Below, piece by piece: positions 18,241 to 28,249 of a stretch of 64,000 nucleotides of DNA. Under the pieces are notes generated by a model that saw only the letters and a program-made list of their open reading frames with translations, did no database searches and had not been told where the DNA came from. Numbering within the stretch: the first letter of the stretch is position 1; every line of letters starts with the position of its first letter. The translations under genes and the position numbers were made by a program. Location: the IMG/VR virus record IMGVR_UViG_3300032240_001991, positions 124,001-188,000 of that record; one strand, written 5' to 3'.

Positions 18241-18543
18241 ATGTCTGACGCTGAAGTAGTAAACAAGGAAACAACCAAGAGTAGAATTAAGGAACCTAAG
18301 AAATTTAAGGTTGTAATACTTAATGATGACTTTACTCCTATGGATTTCGTCATCGCTGTTCTTGTAACTATTTTTAAGCATCCTGAAGCGGATGCTCATC
18401 GCCTTACCCTACAAATCCATAATGAAGGTGCTGCTGTAGCAGGGATTTATAGTCACGAAATCGCAGAACAAAAGGGATTGGAAACTACAAACATTGCACG
18501 GGACAATGGTCATCCTTTACAAATTAAAATAGAGGCAGAGTGA
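18241..18543 (+). CDS. clpS: ATP-dependent Clp protease adaptor ClpS
   Basis: KVVILNDDFTPMDFV, IHNEG, EIAEQK, GHPL. Confidence 0.93.
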   Translation: MSDAEVVNKETTKSRIKEPKKFKVVILNDDFTPMDFVIAVLVTIFKHPEADAHRLTLQIHNEGAAVAGIYSHEIAEQKGLETTNIARDNGHPLQIKIEAE

Positions 18544-19082
18544 TGAGTCTGAAAGATCTGACTAAGGATAGTCATACTGCCGCAGAAAAAACTAAGTTTA
18601 TGAAAGCGGTATTTAAAAACCAAATGCCTGCTGAAATATGGACTGATTGGCTTTATCAAAAAAGCCTTTTCTATAATGCTATTGAGAGTTGTGCAGATTC
18701 AGCAGGATTGCTAATAGGAATGTCTGATCTAAAAAGAACTTTTGCTCTTTTAAGTGACTATCGTTCAATGTTTGACACATATACTAGACCTAGTTATAGA
18801 AAAACAACTCTCAATTATTACCAATACATTATGAATCTTTATCCAGATAGAGACCGCATAATGGCTCATTTATATGTTTGGCATATGGGCGACCTACACG
18901 GTGGACAAATGATCAAGAAGATTGTTGCTGGTAGTCATCGCAGTTTAGAGTTTGATCGTAGAGACACTCTTATTACCCTTGTTAGACAGCAACTAGACGA
19001 TAGTATGGCAGCAGAAGCGAATATCGCTTTTGATTGGGCTATACAGCTAATGAACGAATATGACACAGAACTTGGTACTTGA
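18543..19082 (+). CDS. heme oxygenase (biliverdin-producing)
   Basis: TKDSHTAAE proximal His; AHLYVWHMGDLHGGQMIK. Confidence 0.88.
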   Translation: MSLKDLTKDSHTAAEKTKFMKAVFKNQMPAEIWTDWLYQKSLFYNAIESCADSAGLLIGMSDLKRTFALLSDYRSMFDTYTRPSYRKTTLNYYQYIMNLYPDRDRIMAHLYVWHMGDLHGGQMIKKIVAGSHRSLEFDRRDTLITLVRQQLDDSMAAEANIAFDWAIQLMNEYDTELGT

Positions 19083-19749
19083 TAAAACAATTGAGCTGTC
19101 CCATAGTCTCCTAAGGAGATTAGATGTTGCCGGAACGCTTATCCCTAATAATGATTCTGAGTTCATGGATGAAGCTTCGCTTCCTTGGAAAGATTACGTT
19201 TATGCTAGCAACGCATTTCGTAGAGCTCATGTTAATATAGTTGATGCTCGAGAAAGCAGAAATATATGGATGATGCATTGTTGTGTTTTCCCACATATTA
19301 ACGACCCAAGTCCTATTTTTGGTCTAGATGTTATTGCCGGTCCTAGTCGTATAAGCGGAGCGTTCCACGATTTCTCAAAAACAGTAGCCTCAAATCATTA
19401 TATGATGAATTGGTTTACAGAACAAGTTTCTCAGCTTACATGGAAAAAGCCAAGAGAATTACCAGACTGGGCATTAGAAATTTTTAGTCCTTCGATAGTA
19501 GCCGTAGGAGCTGTAAACACAGAAGCAGAGATTCTACAACTTATTAATCTATTTGAACAAAATTTAGACTATTATATTAACAACGTAGGATCTTCAAAAG
19601 ATCTAGGTAAAGACTTTACTAGTGAACAAAATCGCTATTGTCATTATCAAAAGAAAAATCCACATAATGCTCGATTCATGCAGCTATTAGGTCTTAGCGA
19701 ACAAGAAGCGACCAATTACGTGGATTACGTAATGTTTCCTGAAATTTAA
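19060..19749 (+). CDS. ferredoxin-dependent bilin reductase (PcyX/PcyA family)
   Basis: FRRAH, MHCCVFP, PIFGLDVI, AFHDFS, RELPDW..IFS, QNRYC..QKKNPH. Confidence 0.85.
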   Translation: MTQNLVLDKTIELSHSLLRRLDVAGTLIPNNDSEFMDEASLPWKDYVYASNAFRRAHVNIVDARESRNIWMMHCCVFPHINDPSPIFGLDVIAGPSRISGAFHDFSKTVASNHYMMNWFTEQVSQLTWKKPRELPDWALEIFSPSIVAVGAVNTEAEILQLINLFEQNLDYYINNVGSSKDLGKDFTSEQNRYCHYQKKNPHNARFMQLLGLSEQEATNYVDYVMFPEI

Positions 19750-19967
19750 CTATAGGTTTCGATAGTTTCAATAGTGTGAGGGTTACGTCCTTCTTTATGG
19801 CTTTGACTTTCTACTAAACGACCATCATGGTCGTATCTTTTAGCCATATAGAACGTATTAGTATTCATGAATACTTCAGCTTCCTCTGTACTTTCAAAAA
19901 TGTATTCTCTTGTTTTAAGAATACCCTTTTCCCAGTTATGCACCTTTACCTTGTGACGCTTTTTCAT
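19746..19967 (-). CDS. hypothetical protein
   Basis: GGAG SD, last gene of the minus-strand operon. Confidence 0.6.
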   Translation of the reverse strand: MKKRHKVKVHNWEKGILKTREYIFESTEEAEVFMNTNTFYMAKRYDHDGRLVESQSHKEGRNPHTIETIETYS

Positions 19968-19968
19968 T

Positions 19969-21030
19969 TTACTCTCCGCTAAAATACTTTACCCAGATAG
20001 ACTGAGTTTTGTTTGTATACTTATCTAAATTTCTTTGATTAAGGTATACGTTTAGCTGAGGGAACTTGTAGGCAAGATAAATCTTTTCTGCGATCTTATC
20101 GCTGTTCGTAGGATCAGTGTTGAATAGCCAAGTTGACCATGGTATTTCTTTAGATCCTATAATAGGAACCCCTTGGCTGATTAAATCTGCAGACACTATG
20201 TTAAACGTTTCTGAAAAATTACATTGTAATCCAACATCCATAGTACTACATATTTCTAAAAATTCTTCTCTAGGCGCCCATTCATGAATTATTAACTGAT
20301 GTCCTGTTTCTTCAAGATGTTGGAATAGAGCTTTTAAATTATTCATAACAGGGTCGCCTTTCATCTCAACTCTGCCCCCGTTAATATGGAATCTTAATTT
20401 CTTGCCTATTTTGTTAGCAAATTTTAAACTAGCAAAAGCCTGTAGAAGATGATTCTTTAATGGACGAACAGCACCAAAGCAGGCTATGTCTACACAGTCT
20501 TTATACTCAAAATTAAAACTTTTAGTCTTATAGCCTTTTGTGTAAAAGTTAGGCATGTATACTACACGTTCGTTAATCTCAAACGCAGACATTTCTTTCT
20601 TAGTTGAAAGATATTCACGAACCTCATTAAGCATTCTAGGAGCATTTACTCCAATGTCTATATTTGGAAAGTCAATGTAGTCACCTAACCAATCCATAGC
20701 CATTCCTTCGCCGGCCATAAACGGCATTTCGCTATGCAGTCTGATGATCCATCTTACGTTAGGGTGTAATTTACTTAATATTGTAAACTTTGAAGGAACA
20801 ACCCATAGTGCTTCTATTATAACGTGAGTTGGTCGATGTTTGTTCACTAGTCTATCAATACAGTTGTTGTCAATTGCAACTTCAATAGCAGAATTAACTC
20901 CTGCTTGTTGTAACATTTCGTGCATAAAGTTTGCAGAATTAAACAGTCCTGTGCTTAATCCAAGCGGACTATGTTTAACAGGGTTATAATCTTCTCTTCT
21001 CTTGAGAATGAATAAGACTTTCTTAGACAT
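19969..21030 (-). CDS. GT-B fold glycosyltransferase-like protein
   Basis: FGAVRPLKN, SETFNIVSAD; likely start MSKKV at 21030. Confidence 0.7.
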   Translation of the reverse strand: MSKKVLFILKRREDYNPVKHSPLGLSTGLFNSANFMHEMLQQAGVNSAIEVAIDNNCIDRLVNKHRPTHVIIEALWVVPSKFTILSKLHPNVRWIIRLHSEMPFMAGEGMAMDWLGDYIDFPNIDIGVNAPRMLNEVREYLSTKKEMSAFEINERVVYMPNFYTKGYKTKSFNFEYKDCVDIACFGAVRPLKNHLLQAFASLKFANKIGKKLRFHINGGRVEMKGDPVMNNLKALFQHLEETGHQLIIHEWAPREEFLEICSTMDVGLQCNFSETFNIVSADLISQGVPIIGSKEIPWSTWLFNTDPTNSDKIAEKIYLAYKFPQLNVYLNQRNLDKYTNKTQSIWVKYFSGE

Positions 21031-21352
21031 GTTTAGGAATATCCACCTTATCGTTTTTACTTGGAACTTTGACACATATAACTTCACAGTCTTCTAAGAA
21101 AACCGGATTAGTTACTTCCCATGGTTCAATCACAAAGATATCGCCAGTATTTAGTTCTTTACCTTGCATGGTCATCTTCCCTCTGACTAAGAGGTTAATT
21201 TCCGTAACTTCAACATGATAATGATCGCCCCACTCCTGACCTGCAGGATGTAATCGATAATTAACTTCAAAGTCTTTAGTGTAATAAGCTGTTGGTTCAA
21301 ACCCACCAACAAACCACCCAGACTTCATATCACCTAATTTAAATATTTTCAT
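21023..21352 (-). CDS. cupin-domain protein
   Basis: GWFVGGF, HYH...E, GDIF. Confidence 0.75.
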   Translation of the reverse strand: MKIFKLGDMKSGWFVGGFEPTAYYTKDFEVNYRLHPAGQEWGDHYHVEVTEINLLVRGKMTMQGKELNTGDIFVIEPWEVTNPVFLEDCEVICVKVPSKNDKVDIPKHV

Positions 21353-22446
21353 AGCTTATACTTGCTCCAATCTATACTTTGAAATCCTTGATTTGTTATT
21401 ACGTTAACACCAATTGCTCTATCTTTATAAGAGTCATATAGTTTATCGTTAATTAACAATCTCTCACCTGCAGATGCGCCCATAATTAACATGTCCCATG
21501 CTAGGCCAAATTGCCTAAGCTGAGACTCCGTAATGTGTCTTGTACTTTCTTTGCGAGCTGTAACAAAAATTATTTTGTGACCTTGGCTATCCCATTCGTT
21601 AATTTTTTCAACAACTCCGGGCAATATTTCAGGTTCTGCATTTTGAGCATCGCTTATAGTATGCATATGCTTAAGTACTGTTCCGTCAATATCTATAAAC
21701 AATGTTTTGGGTTTTTCTGTATCAAATTCCTTAACCTGCCCAATATAGCGAGATACATCTTGAGGAGTACCTAAAGAAATATAGGCGTTATCATTTAAGT
21801 GATAGGCAAGTATATTTTTATCCTTAAGATGGTTAAAAGTTTCGCTTACATAGCACTCTTTCTTTCCTTGCGCTTTGAAATTCTCTAATAGATCTTTGGC
21901 ACTATTAACAAAGTCTTTTCCGTGCTGCCAATAATGAAAACCTATGAGTGCATGATCTGAGATTGCTTGTTTTTCAACTACACGAAGAACGGTATCTCCG
22001 TACAGATCAGCAAAGCTATTTTTAGGATCTTTACTTTTATAAAGAACTAACGCTGCTCTAGGTTTACTTTTTTTTACAAACTTTAAGAAATCTTCGCCGT
22101 TCCAGTTAATAATCTGATCGCAATTATAAACTACTAGTGGATCATTATTGTCTATATATTTTTCAGCAGCTAATACTGTTTCAGCTGCTCCATTAGTTAC
22201 CTTGTCAAGTTTAATTTCAATTGATTCTGGTCTAAGTTTTTTAAGTAAATGGGTAAGCTGTTTATTATGTTCAGCATCGTCAAACGTGCGTGTTATAAAA
22301 ATAAAACGACCAGGCACATTAAAACTGTTAACACTGTATTCTATTAACGTTTTGTTCAATACTTCAATCAACGGCTTTGGAGTAGTGATGCCGTTTTTAA
22401 AGAATCTGGATCCTGCTCCTGCCATTGGAATTATGATATTCAACAT
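21349..22446 (-). CDS. sugar nucleotidyltransferase-like domain fused to a HAD-like domain
   Basis: PMAGAGSRF, PKPLI, NCDQ, LGTP; C-terminal DIDGT, TAR. Confidence 0.8.
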   Translation of the reverse strand: MLNIIIPMAGAGSRFFKNGITTPKPLIEVLNKTLIEYSVNSFNVPGRFIFITRTFDDAEHNKQLTHLLKKLRPESIEIKLDKVTNGAAETVLAAEKYIDNNDPLVVYNCDQIINWNGEDFLKFVKKSKPRAALVLYKSKDPKNSFADLYGDTVLRVVEKQAISDHALIGFHYWQHGKDFVNSAKDLLENFKAQGKKECYVSETFNHLKDKNILAYHLNDNAYISLGTPQDVSRYIGQVKEFDTEKPKTLFIDIDGTVLKHMHTISDAQNAEPEILPGVVEKINEWDSQGHKIIFVTARKESTRHITESQLRQFGLAWDMLIMGASAGERLLINDKLYDSYKDRAIGVNVITNQGFQSIDWSKYKL

Positions 22447-22457
22447 TGTACTGCCTA

Positions 22458-22907
22458 TTATTTCTTGTTTAATTCTTGCTTATATTTTAACACAAAGTCT
22501 GTACAAATACCTTTACAGAAGTCCAAATTATCGTTATGTATTTCAGGCATAACTGCAATGCTATTCTTAATTGGTTGTTTTCCGGGATATGCCCAAAGGT
22601 CACAATGACTGGTAAGAACTACGGTATCATTTTCATGCCAGAAGAAATTAAAATAGTCTGGATCTAACTTACTCATTGCTTCAACGTTTTTGCAATGAAC
22701 CCATAAAGATTGACTCCGTCTTAACAGCCATTCTAATTTTACAGGATATTCAGGGCCATCGTGCCCTAAAAAATAGTTCCCGTCAATCAACCAAAGATCA
22801 ATTTCTACATCATACTTTTTTGATAATGCTTCTTCTATATACTCTGGTCTGTTTTCATATTCTGAATTTGGGCCTTCTAAATTCCCTCTGTGAGCTATTA
22901 GTATCAT
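22458..22907 (-). CDS. glycerophosphodiester phosphodiesterase-like protein
   Basis: IAHRGN, EN, VEID, GHD, HCKN, GICTD. Confidence 0.75.
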   Translation of the reverse strand: MILIAHRGNLEGPNSEYENRPEYIEEALSKKYDVEIDLWLIDGNYFLGHDGPEYPVKLEWLLRRSQSLWVHCKNVEAMSKLDPDYFNFFWHENDTVVLTSHCDLWAYPGKQPIKNSIAVMPEIHNDNLDFCKGICTDFVLKYKQELNKK

Positions 22908-23602
22908 GATTTGTAAACTACTCCTAGTCTAGAAGTAAAAGGCAGCGAAGGGTCGTTGAATAACACCGGCTGTACACCTGTTACTTTAGTAATTCTTTCT
23001 AATACTGGTACGTCATAAACATTTGGAAACATACCTTGAAATAAAATAATATATTTTTCATTTAAAAATGGTAAAAATGATTCAACATCTTTTACTACTT
23101 GTTCTGGAAACTCGCCACCGTCAAGGAAAACATAATCAAGTTTACAATCTGGTCCTAAGGTCTTTCTTAAAATTGTTGCGGTGTCTCGAGGACTCCACCC
23201 AATTTCTGGATAAACGGTATCATGTAATTGAAAATGATCTATTAGGTGTCTAACTGATTGATAGTTAGTAGATTCATGAAACAATGAAGGAAGTGCCCTG
23301 CGATATGATGTGTAACTATTTTGCTGTTCTTCTATGTAAGAATCAATAGTAACTAGCTTCCCATTAGTTTCTTTGAATCCGAGACCTGCTGCAATAGCAC
23401 TAATGCCAAACCCGGTTCCTATTTCTAATCCGCTTTTTAAATTACAAGAAGAAATGATACTCCTTAGTATATCAAATTCAAATTGATTAATTGACCAAGG
23501 AAAATCCTTAGTTGTCAATTTCATTACCTTTGCTAACGGATGAAGGTCATATCGAACTGGGCCGGTGTTTAAATTTAAAATTTCGTTGTAAGGGTGCTGC
23601 AT
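22904..23602 (-). CDS. class I SAM methyltransferase (Methyltransf_24-like)
   Basis: LEIGTGFGIS, DYVFLDG. Confidence 0.75.
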   Translation of the reverse strand: MQHPYNEILNLNTGPVRYDLHPLAKVMKLTTKDFPWSINQFEFDILRSIISSCNLKSGLEIGTGFGISAIAAGLGFKETNGKLVTIDSYIEEQQNSYTSYRRALPSLFHESTNYQSVRHLIDHFQLHDTVYPEIGWSPRDTATILRKTLGPDCKLDYVFLDGGEFPEQVVKDVESFLPFLNEKYIILFQGMFPNVYDVPVLERITKVTGVQPVLFNDPSLPFTSRLGVVYKS

Positions 23603-23638
23603 TAATGCCTCTTAATTTTATCTATTTAATTAATTAAA

Positions 23639-24412
23639 TCACTTACCTAAATGTTTTTTAGTAAACCAATTATACCAATCTATCTCGTCATATAAAGGAT
23701 AGGAAATTCTATCAGTTATTCTTCCATCTATCATAGTAGACGTACCCCACTTAGATACAAAGAGAGAGCTTGAATGTTGTAAAGGATAATTTATATCATT
23801 AGTTCGACTATTTTCTATTTGATGATGTTGATTTACATAACTGTCGTCAACACATCTACTGTTCCAGTCATCTGGAATAGTTTCAATTAATCCTACATCA
23901 TTATGTACAAATCCCCAAGGGTGTGATTCAGCAATTGAAAGACGATTGCGATCGTAGAATAGCCAACATCTTAGTAAGAAGTCTGCATCAGAGCAATAGG
24001 CTCCAAGAAATCTTTCATCCCACCATCCTATTTCACGCAGAACATTTTTTTTCATATAATAAAAACAATCTCCTTTAGGACCCCATATAAGGTCATACTT
24101 GTCTTTATTATTTTCTATAGCATCCTTAACGGCTGGCGGAAGAAAAGTATCATCTTGTACAAAGATGCATTCTTCTTCAGTTTTAAAACATTTTAAATAG
24201 ACGCTATTCCACGATCTTGCCATCCAAGCGTAACAATCAGGATCTGCCAAAGTATTAATTAAAATACCTTTAACGTATTTCTTATTATCTTCATCAACAA
24301 TAACTTCTGGATGATTTGAAAAAATATGTACATCGTACCCAAATCCTCCTAGAGAATTAATCTGTCGATTTAGTGCTCGAGGACGATTAAAGGTTAATAT
24401 CCATGCTTGCAT
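23639..24412 (-). CDS. GT2-like glycosyltransferase
   Basis: TFNRP, QDD, IGWWDERF..AYCSDAD. Confidence 0.7.
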   Translation of the reverse strand: MQAWILTFNRPRALNRQINSLGGFGYDVHIFSNHPEVIVDEDNKKYVKGILINTLADPDCYAWMARSWNSVYLKCFKTEEECIFVQDDTFLPPAVKDAIENNKDKYDLIWGPKGDCFYYMKKNVLREIGWWDERFLGAYCSDADFLLRCWLFYDRNRLSIAESHPWGFVHNDVGLIETIPDDWNSRCVDDSYVNQHHQIENSRTNDINYPLQHSSSLFVSKWGTSTMIDGRITDRISYPLYDEIDWYNWFTKKHLGK

Positions 24413-24423
24413 GTTCTTTCCTT

Positions 24424-25146
24424 TTATTTCTGTACTTGTACCCAGACCCAATTCTCGTGAGTATCATTTGGACCTGTTGGTCTAATGTAAGATTTAAAGT
24501 TACGGAAATTTAATTTATCAATGAGATCGTCCTTAAGGTCATTTACATTAGTAATTGTAACATCACATCCTCCGTTAGTACCGCCTAAATAATAATTATC
24601 GTAATATCCTACAGATTGATGTGTAAGTTTTCTACCATAGCCCATTTGAAAGCATAGATAACCGTTTGGTTTAAGTACTCGATATGCTTCTTCAAAAATA
24701 CCAAATCTAATATCATATACAGGGACATGCTGCAAACAAATGACACTATAAACAACATCATAAGATTCGTTATCTACTGGAAGATTAACTCCGTCAGTCT
24801 CATAGAGATTTGGATTACACCCTGATTCAGATCTTTCACAATAGATCCGTGCATTTAGTAAATTATTTGAAGAAATGTCTACACCGTCTATTCTTTTAAA
24901 ATCGTTTCTGTACTGAACAATAGATCTTCCTAGTCCACAACCAAAATCTAGAGCTACAAGATCGTCTGTTTCTATACCTTTAAATAGATACTTGTAATAA
25001 TCAGGCCAACAATTATGCTCTTGTATGTATCCTACAACTTTATCCGCATTAACGCCCCATTCCCATTGCGTAGCAGCCCAGTTAAAGTAACTTTTTACCC
25101 AGGCTAGATATGTTTTCATATCATTATTCATGTCTTCAAGTTTCAT
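24424..25146 (-). CDS. class I SAM methyltransferase
   Basis: LDFGCGLGR, GVDIS, YDVVYS, RVLKPNG. Confidence 0.85.
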   Translation of the reverse strand: MKLEDMNNDMKTYLAWVKSYFNWAATQWEWGVNADKVVGYIQEHNCWPDYYKYLFKGIETDDLVALDFGCGLGRSIVQYRNDFKRIDGVDISSNNLLNARIYCERSESGCNPNLYETDGVNLPVDNESYDVVYSVICLQHVPVYDIRFGIFEEAYRVLKPNGYLCFQMGYGRKLTHQSVGYYDNYYLGGTNGGCDVTITNVNDLKDDLIDKLNFRNFKSYIRPTGPNDTHENWVWVQVQK

Positions 25147-25154
25147 AATAACCT

Positions 25155-26534
25155 CTAAATGTCGTTGTGATTTTGTAAAAAATAATTTAAATCTTCGGGT
25201 GTGCCAATTCCCCACATCTCTTCAACTCGTTTGACTCTTATTTTCTTTCCGTCTACAATAGCTTCATTGTAAACTGGGCACACATAAAATTCATTGTTAA
25301 CGCGAACGTTCTTTTGAATCATTTGCTCAGCATACTTTACGTAATCGCTGCCGCATTTCCAATAATAGATTCCTACAGTAGCATCGTTACTAATAACTTT
25401 CTTTTCAGCTACTTCTGTTACAAATCCAGTATCGCCAATACTAGCATATGACCACTTTGGGTGATGGGAGTTAAATGTTAAAATACCTCCATCAATGTCG
25501 TCTGCAGAAAATGCATACATACATTCATTACTGTTCCATTTAATATATTGGTCACTGTTAGCAATTAACAAAGGTTCATTATTATTAATAATATCCTTAG
25601 CTAATAAGGTGGTACATGCTGCACCCTCTGTTATTCCATCAAGTTGTATTATATCGCAGTCCGGAGCTATCAAGTTTAATAGATATTTTAAATTATACTT
25701 TTCATAGTGTTCTTTCTGTACTAAAAAGACGTAGTGTGCTTCAATGTTAAGATTGTTTACTACAATTTCAATCATTGGGCGTCCACGTACTTCAATTAAA
25801 GGTTTAGGAAAAGTATATCCTGCATTAGCAAAACGACTTCCAGCACCTGCCATAGGTACTACTATATTCATCTTTTTATTTCGCCAAGGAATCTTCTTAT
25901 GTGAAACTCCGTTCAAAATATCTATCGATTCTTGAATTTTATCATCTGTGAGATCGTCAGTATCTTTGACAGGTACTAGATGTGCTCCGCTATCAAGCGC
26001 ACCTTGTCTGCCTATATGGCTATCTTCAATGATAACAGTGTTTTTAGGTAAAACATTAAGTGCTGTCATGCATTGCCAATACATCTCTGGAAAAGGTTTA
26101 GTACGTTTAACATCTTCGTTACTAACATAATAGTCAACAAATTCTAAAACGCCAATGCTCATTAAAGCTAGCTTGACTGTCTCTCTAATGCTGTTACTAG
26201 CTACCGCTATTTTAATTCCTTGATTTTTGATCTCAGCAAACATAGAGCAGAGTTTTGTATCTAAAGGAAATGCCTTAATAAGATCAAAGGTAGCTGTTTG
26301 TTTATCTTCCCAGATCTGTTGAAAATATTTTCTATCAAGGCCCTTCTTTTCAGAAAGCATTTCTAATTTCTTTGTAGTGTTTAACCCATCGTAAAGACTA
26401 AGATGCTCTTCATGAGATATTACGTACTTTGCATCTATTTTTTTAAGAGCAGAGTTTAATGCGTGGTAATGCAAATCTCTACTTTTGATCAGAACTCCAT
26501 CAAGATCAAAAATAACCAACTTGTTTTGATTCAT
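25155..26534 (-). CDS. HAD phosphatase fused to a sugar nucleotidyltransferase-like domain
   Basis: FDLDGVL, KPFPE, EDS; PMAGAGSRF, NSDQ, NNEFYV. Confidence 0.85.
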   Translation of the reverse strand: MNQNKLVIFDLDGVLIKSRDLHYHALNSALKKIDAKYVISHEEHLSLYDGLNTTKKLEMLSEKKGLDRKYFQQIWEDKQTATFDLIKAFPLDTKLCSMFAEIKNQGIKIAVASNSIRETVKLALMSIGVLEFVDYYVSNEDVKRTKPFPEMYWQCMTALNVLPKNTVIIEDSHIGRQGALDSGAHLVPVKDTDDLTDDKIQESIDILNGVSHKKIPWRNKKMNIVVPMAGAGSRFANAGYTFPKPLIEVRGRPMIEIVVNNLNIEAHYVFLVQKEHYEKYNLKYLLNLIAPDCDIIQLDGITEGAACTTLLAKDIINNNEPLLIANSDQYIKWNSNECMYAFSADDIDGGILTFNSHHPKWSYASIGDTGFVTEVAEKKVISNDATVGIYYWKCGSDYVKYAEQMIQKNVRVNNEFYVCPVYNEAIVDGKKIRVKRVEEMWGIGTPEDLNYFLQNHNDI

Positions 26535-26666
26535 TATCTACCTACAAAATGTTTTTGAATATTTATAAGTTAGCATACTAAGCAGTTTTAAAATTGGAGA
26601 CTGTTAATTTTTTTCTTGCATTATATACGCATATAAATATATAATAGCTATTTAAAGAGAGGCAAC

Positions 26667-27287
26667 ATGAACGAAACTTCTAAATCAATTATTCGAAGAA
26701 TGCATGACATTCGATTTGTAAACAAGTACTTTGTTGGAAAAGGTATTGACATTGGATGTGGACCAGATCCACTATCTAAATTTTCTCAGCAGTTTCCACT
26801 AATGACAGAACTAAAGCCCTGGGACATGCAGGACGGCGATGCTCAAACTATGGACGGGGTCCCCGATGACTCTTACGACTTTGTTCATAACAGTCATTGT
26901 TTAGAACACATGCGAGATCCTTACGAAGCTTTTGACAACTGGATTCGTATTTGTAAGCCTGGTGGCTACATTATTACAACTATTCCAGACGAAGATCTTT
27001 ATGAACAAGGTGTTTGGCCAAGCAACCATAACCCAGATCATAAAACGTCATGGACTATGGTCAAGGATGAAAGTTGGAGTCCAGTTAGTATTAACTTAAT
27101 TGAGTTCTTGTATCAATATAAGAGCAAGATTGAAGTGCTTAAAGCTGAACTTGTTAATACAACTTTTATCTATGATGTTCAGAGATTTGACCAAACATAT
27201 CATCATATCTCAGAATGTGCTATTGAGTTTATTGTTCGTAAACGTCCACAACTTGAAATTGACCGCAAGGGTCGATATCCTTTCTAA
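26667..27287 (+). CDS. class I SAM methyltransferase
   Basis: GIDIGCG, SHCLEH, KPGG. Confidence 0.85.
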   Translation: MNETSKSIIRRMHDIRFVNKYFVGKGIDIGCGPDPLSKFSQQFPLMTELKPWDMQDGDAQTMDGVPDDSYDFVHNSHCLEHMRDPYEAFDNWIRICKPGGYIITTIPDEDLYEQGVWPSNHNPDHKTSWTMVKDESWSPVSINLIEFLYQYKSKIEVLKAELVNTTFIYDVQRFDQTYHHISECAIEFIVRKRPQLEIDRKGRYPF

Positions 27288-28249
27288 TTTAATATAGAAT
27301 AATACGGATCCAATACATCAATAATAGCTGATCGAACAGCGGTTTCATAGTCTAGCTGTTCGATTAGCTTTAAGTATTCTACGCTATTAAAACAGTAATG
27401 ACCGGCAATTGCTACGTTAGTTAGGTCATTGCAATCAATACGCCACTTTTGCCATTTACCGCTGGTAAGCACAGCTTTTTCAAAATCAACTGTATTAATG
27501 CCTTGATCTTTTGCCAGTTGCAAAATTGTTTTAGTTTGTACAACCCCTAACTGAGGAGCAATATTTAAAGCATGTACACCTGCTGTCTTTCTAAGATTTA
27601 TCTGATCTAAAGTAAGATAATCAGCATTATGCTCTTTTAATTTCACTCCAGCGTCGTTAGCAAAGCCAACTAACTGACCAACAATCTCTGTATCAAAAGT
27701 ACCTACTTGCTGATCCTCCATTACTAAGCTACCAGTTTGGGCTACTACAAAATCCATATTTGGAAACTGCTTTGCAAAATTAACATCATCTTGATACTTT
27801 TGTATACCGGCTGCTACCCCTACATTTTCTTCAGTTCCAAACTCAAATCTAATATTAGGGTTAAGACTTAGGCTAAATCCAATAAGTTCTTCTGCAATCT
27901 GATACGGTGTATCGCATCGGCTTGTATCGATATGAATTAAATCAAAACCCTGTTCAACGTCAGCTGCTATTGTTTTTTTAGTAGCTTCTACCGCATCACG
28001 CAGACTCAGTCCTTTTTCTATATCTAAAAAGTAAGGACCGCAATGATCTCTACAAATTCTAAGATAAGGACTACGTAAAGGAAGCACTTGTTCAGCTAAT
28101 TCTTTAGTAGTCATTACATAACCGCTATCGGCATCTATTTGATTACGACTAGCAATGATCATTGTAGGACGTTGTTGATCTCTTGCATAAGTTGCTAAAA
28201 TATCAACAATAAGTTTGCTCATTGGGCCAAAACCTAATTTAAAATTCAT
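27284..28249 (-). CDS. GatZ/KbaZ-like class II tagatose-bisphosphate aldolase/epimerase family protein
   Basis: IASRNQID, RDHCGP, IHID, EFGTEE, KEHNADY, NIAPQLG. Confidence 0.7.
   Translation of the reverse strand: MNFKLGFGPMSKLIVDILATYARDQQRPTMIIASRNQIDADSGYVMTTKELAEQVLPLRSPYLRICRDHCGPYFLDIEKGLSLRDAVEATKKTIAADVEQGFDLIHIDTSRCDTPYQIAEELIGFSLSLNPNIRFEFGTEENVGVAAGIQKYQDDVNFAKQFPNMDFVVAQTGSLVMEDQQVGTFDTEIVGQLVGFANDAGVKLKEHNADYLTLDQINLRKTAGVHALNIAPQLGVVQTKTILQLAKDQGINTVDFEKAVLTSGKWQKWRIDCNDLTNVAIAGHYCFNSVEYLKLIEQLDYETAVRSAIIDVLDPYYSILN

Noticed and set aside
18543-19749. Cyanophage assignment from the bilin genes
   Set aside because: No photosynthesis genes in the window, and the other auxiliary genes look proteobacterial
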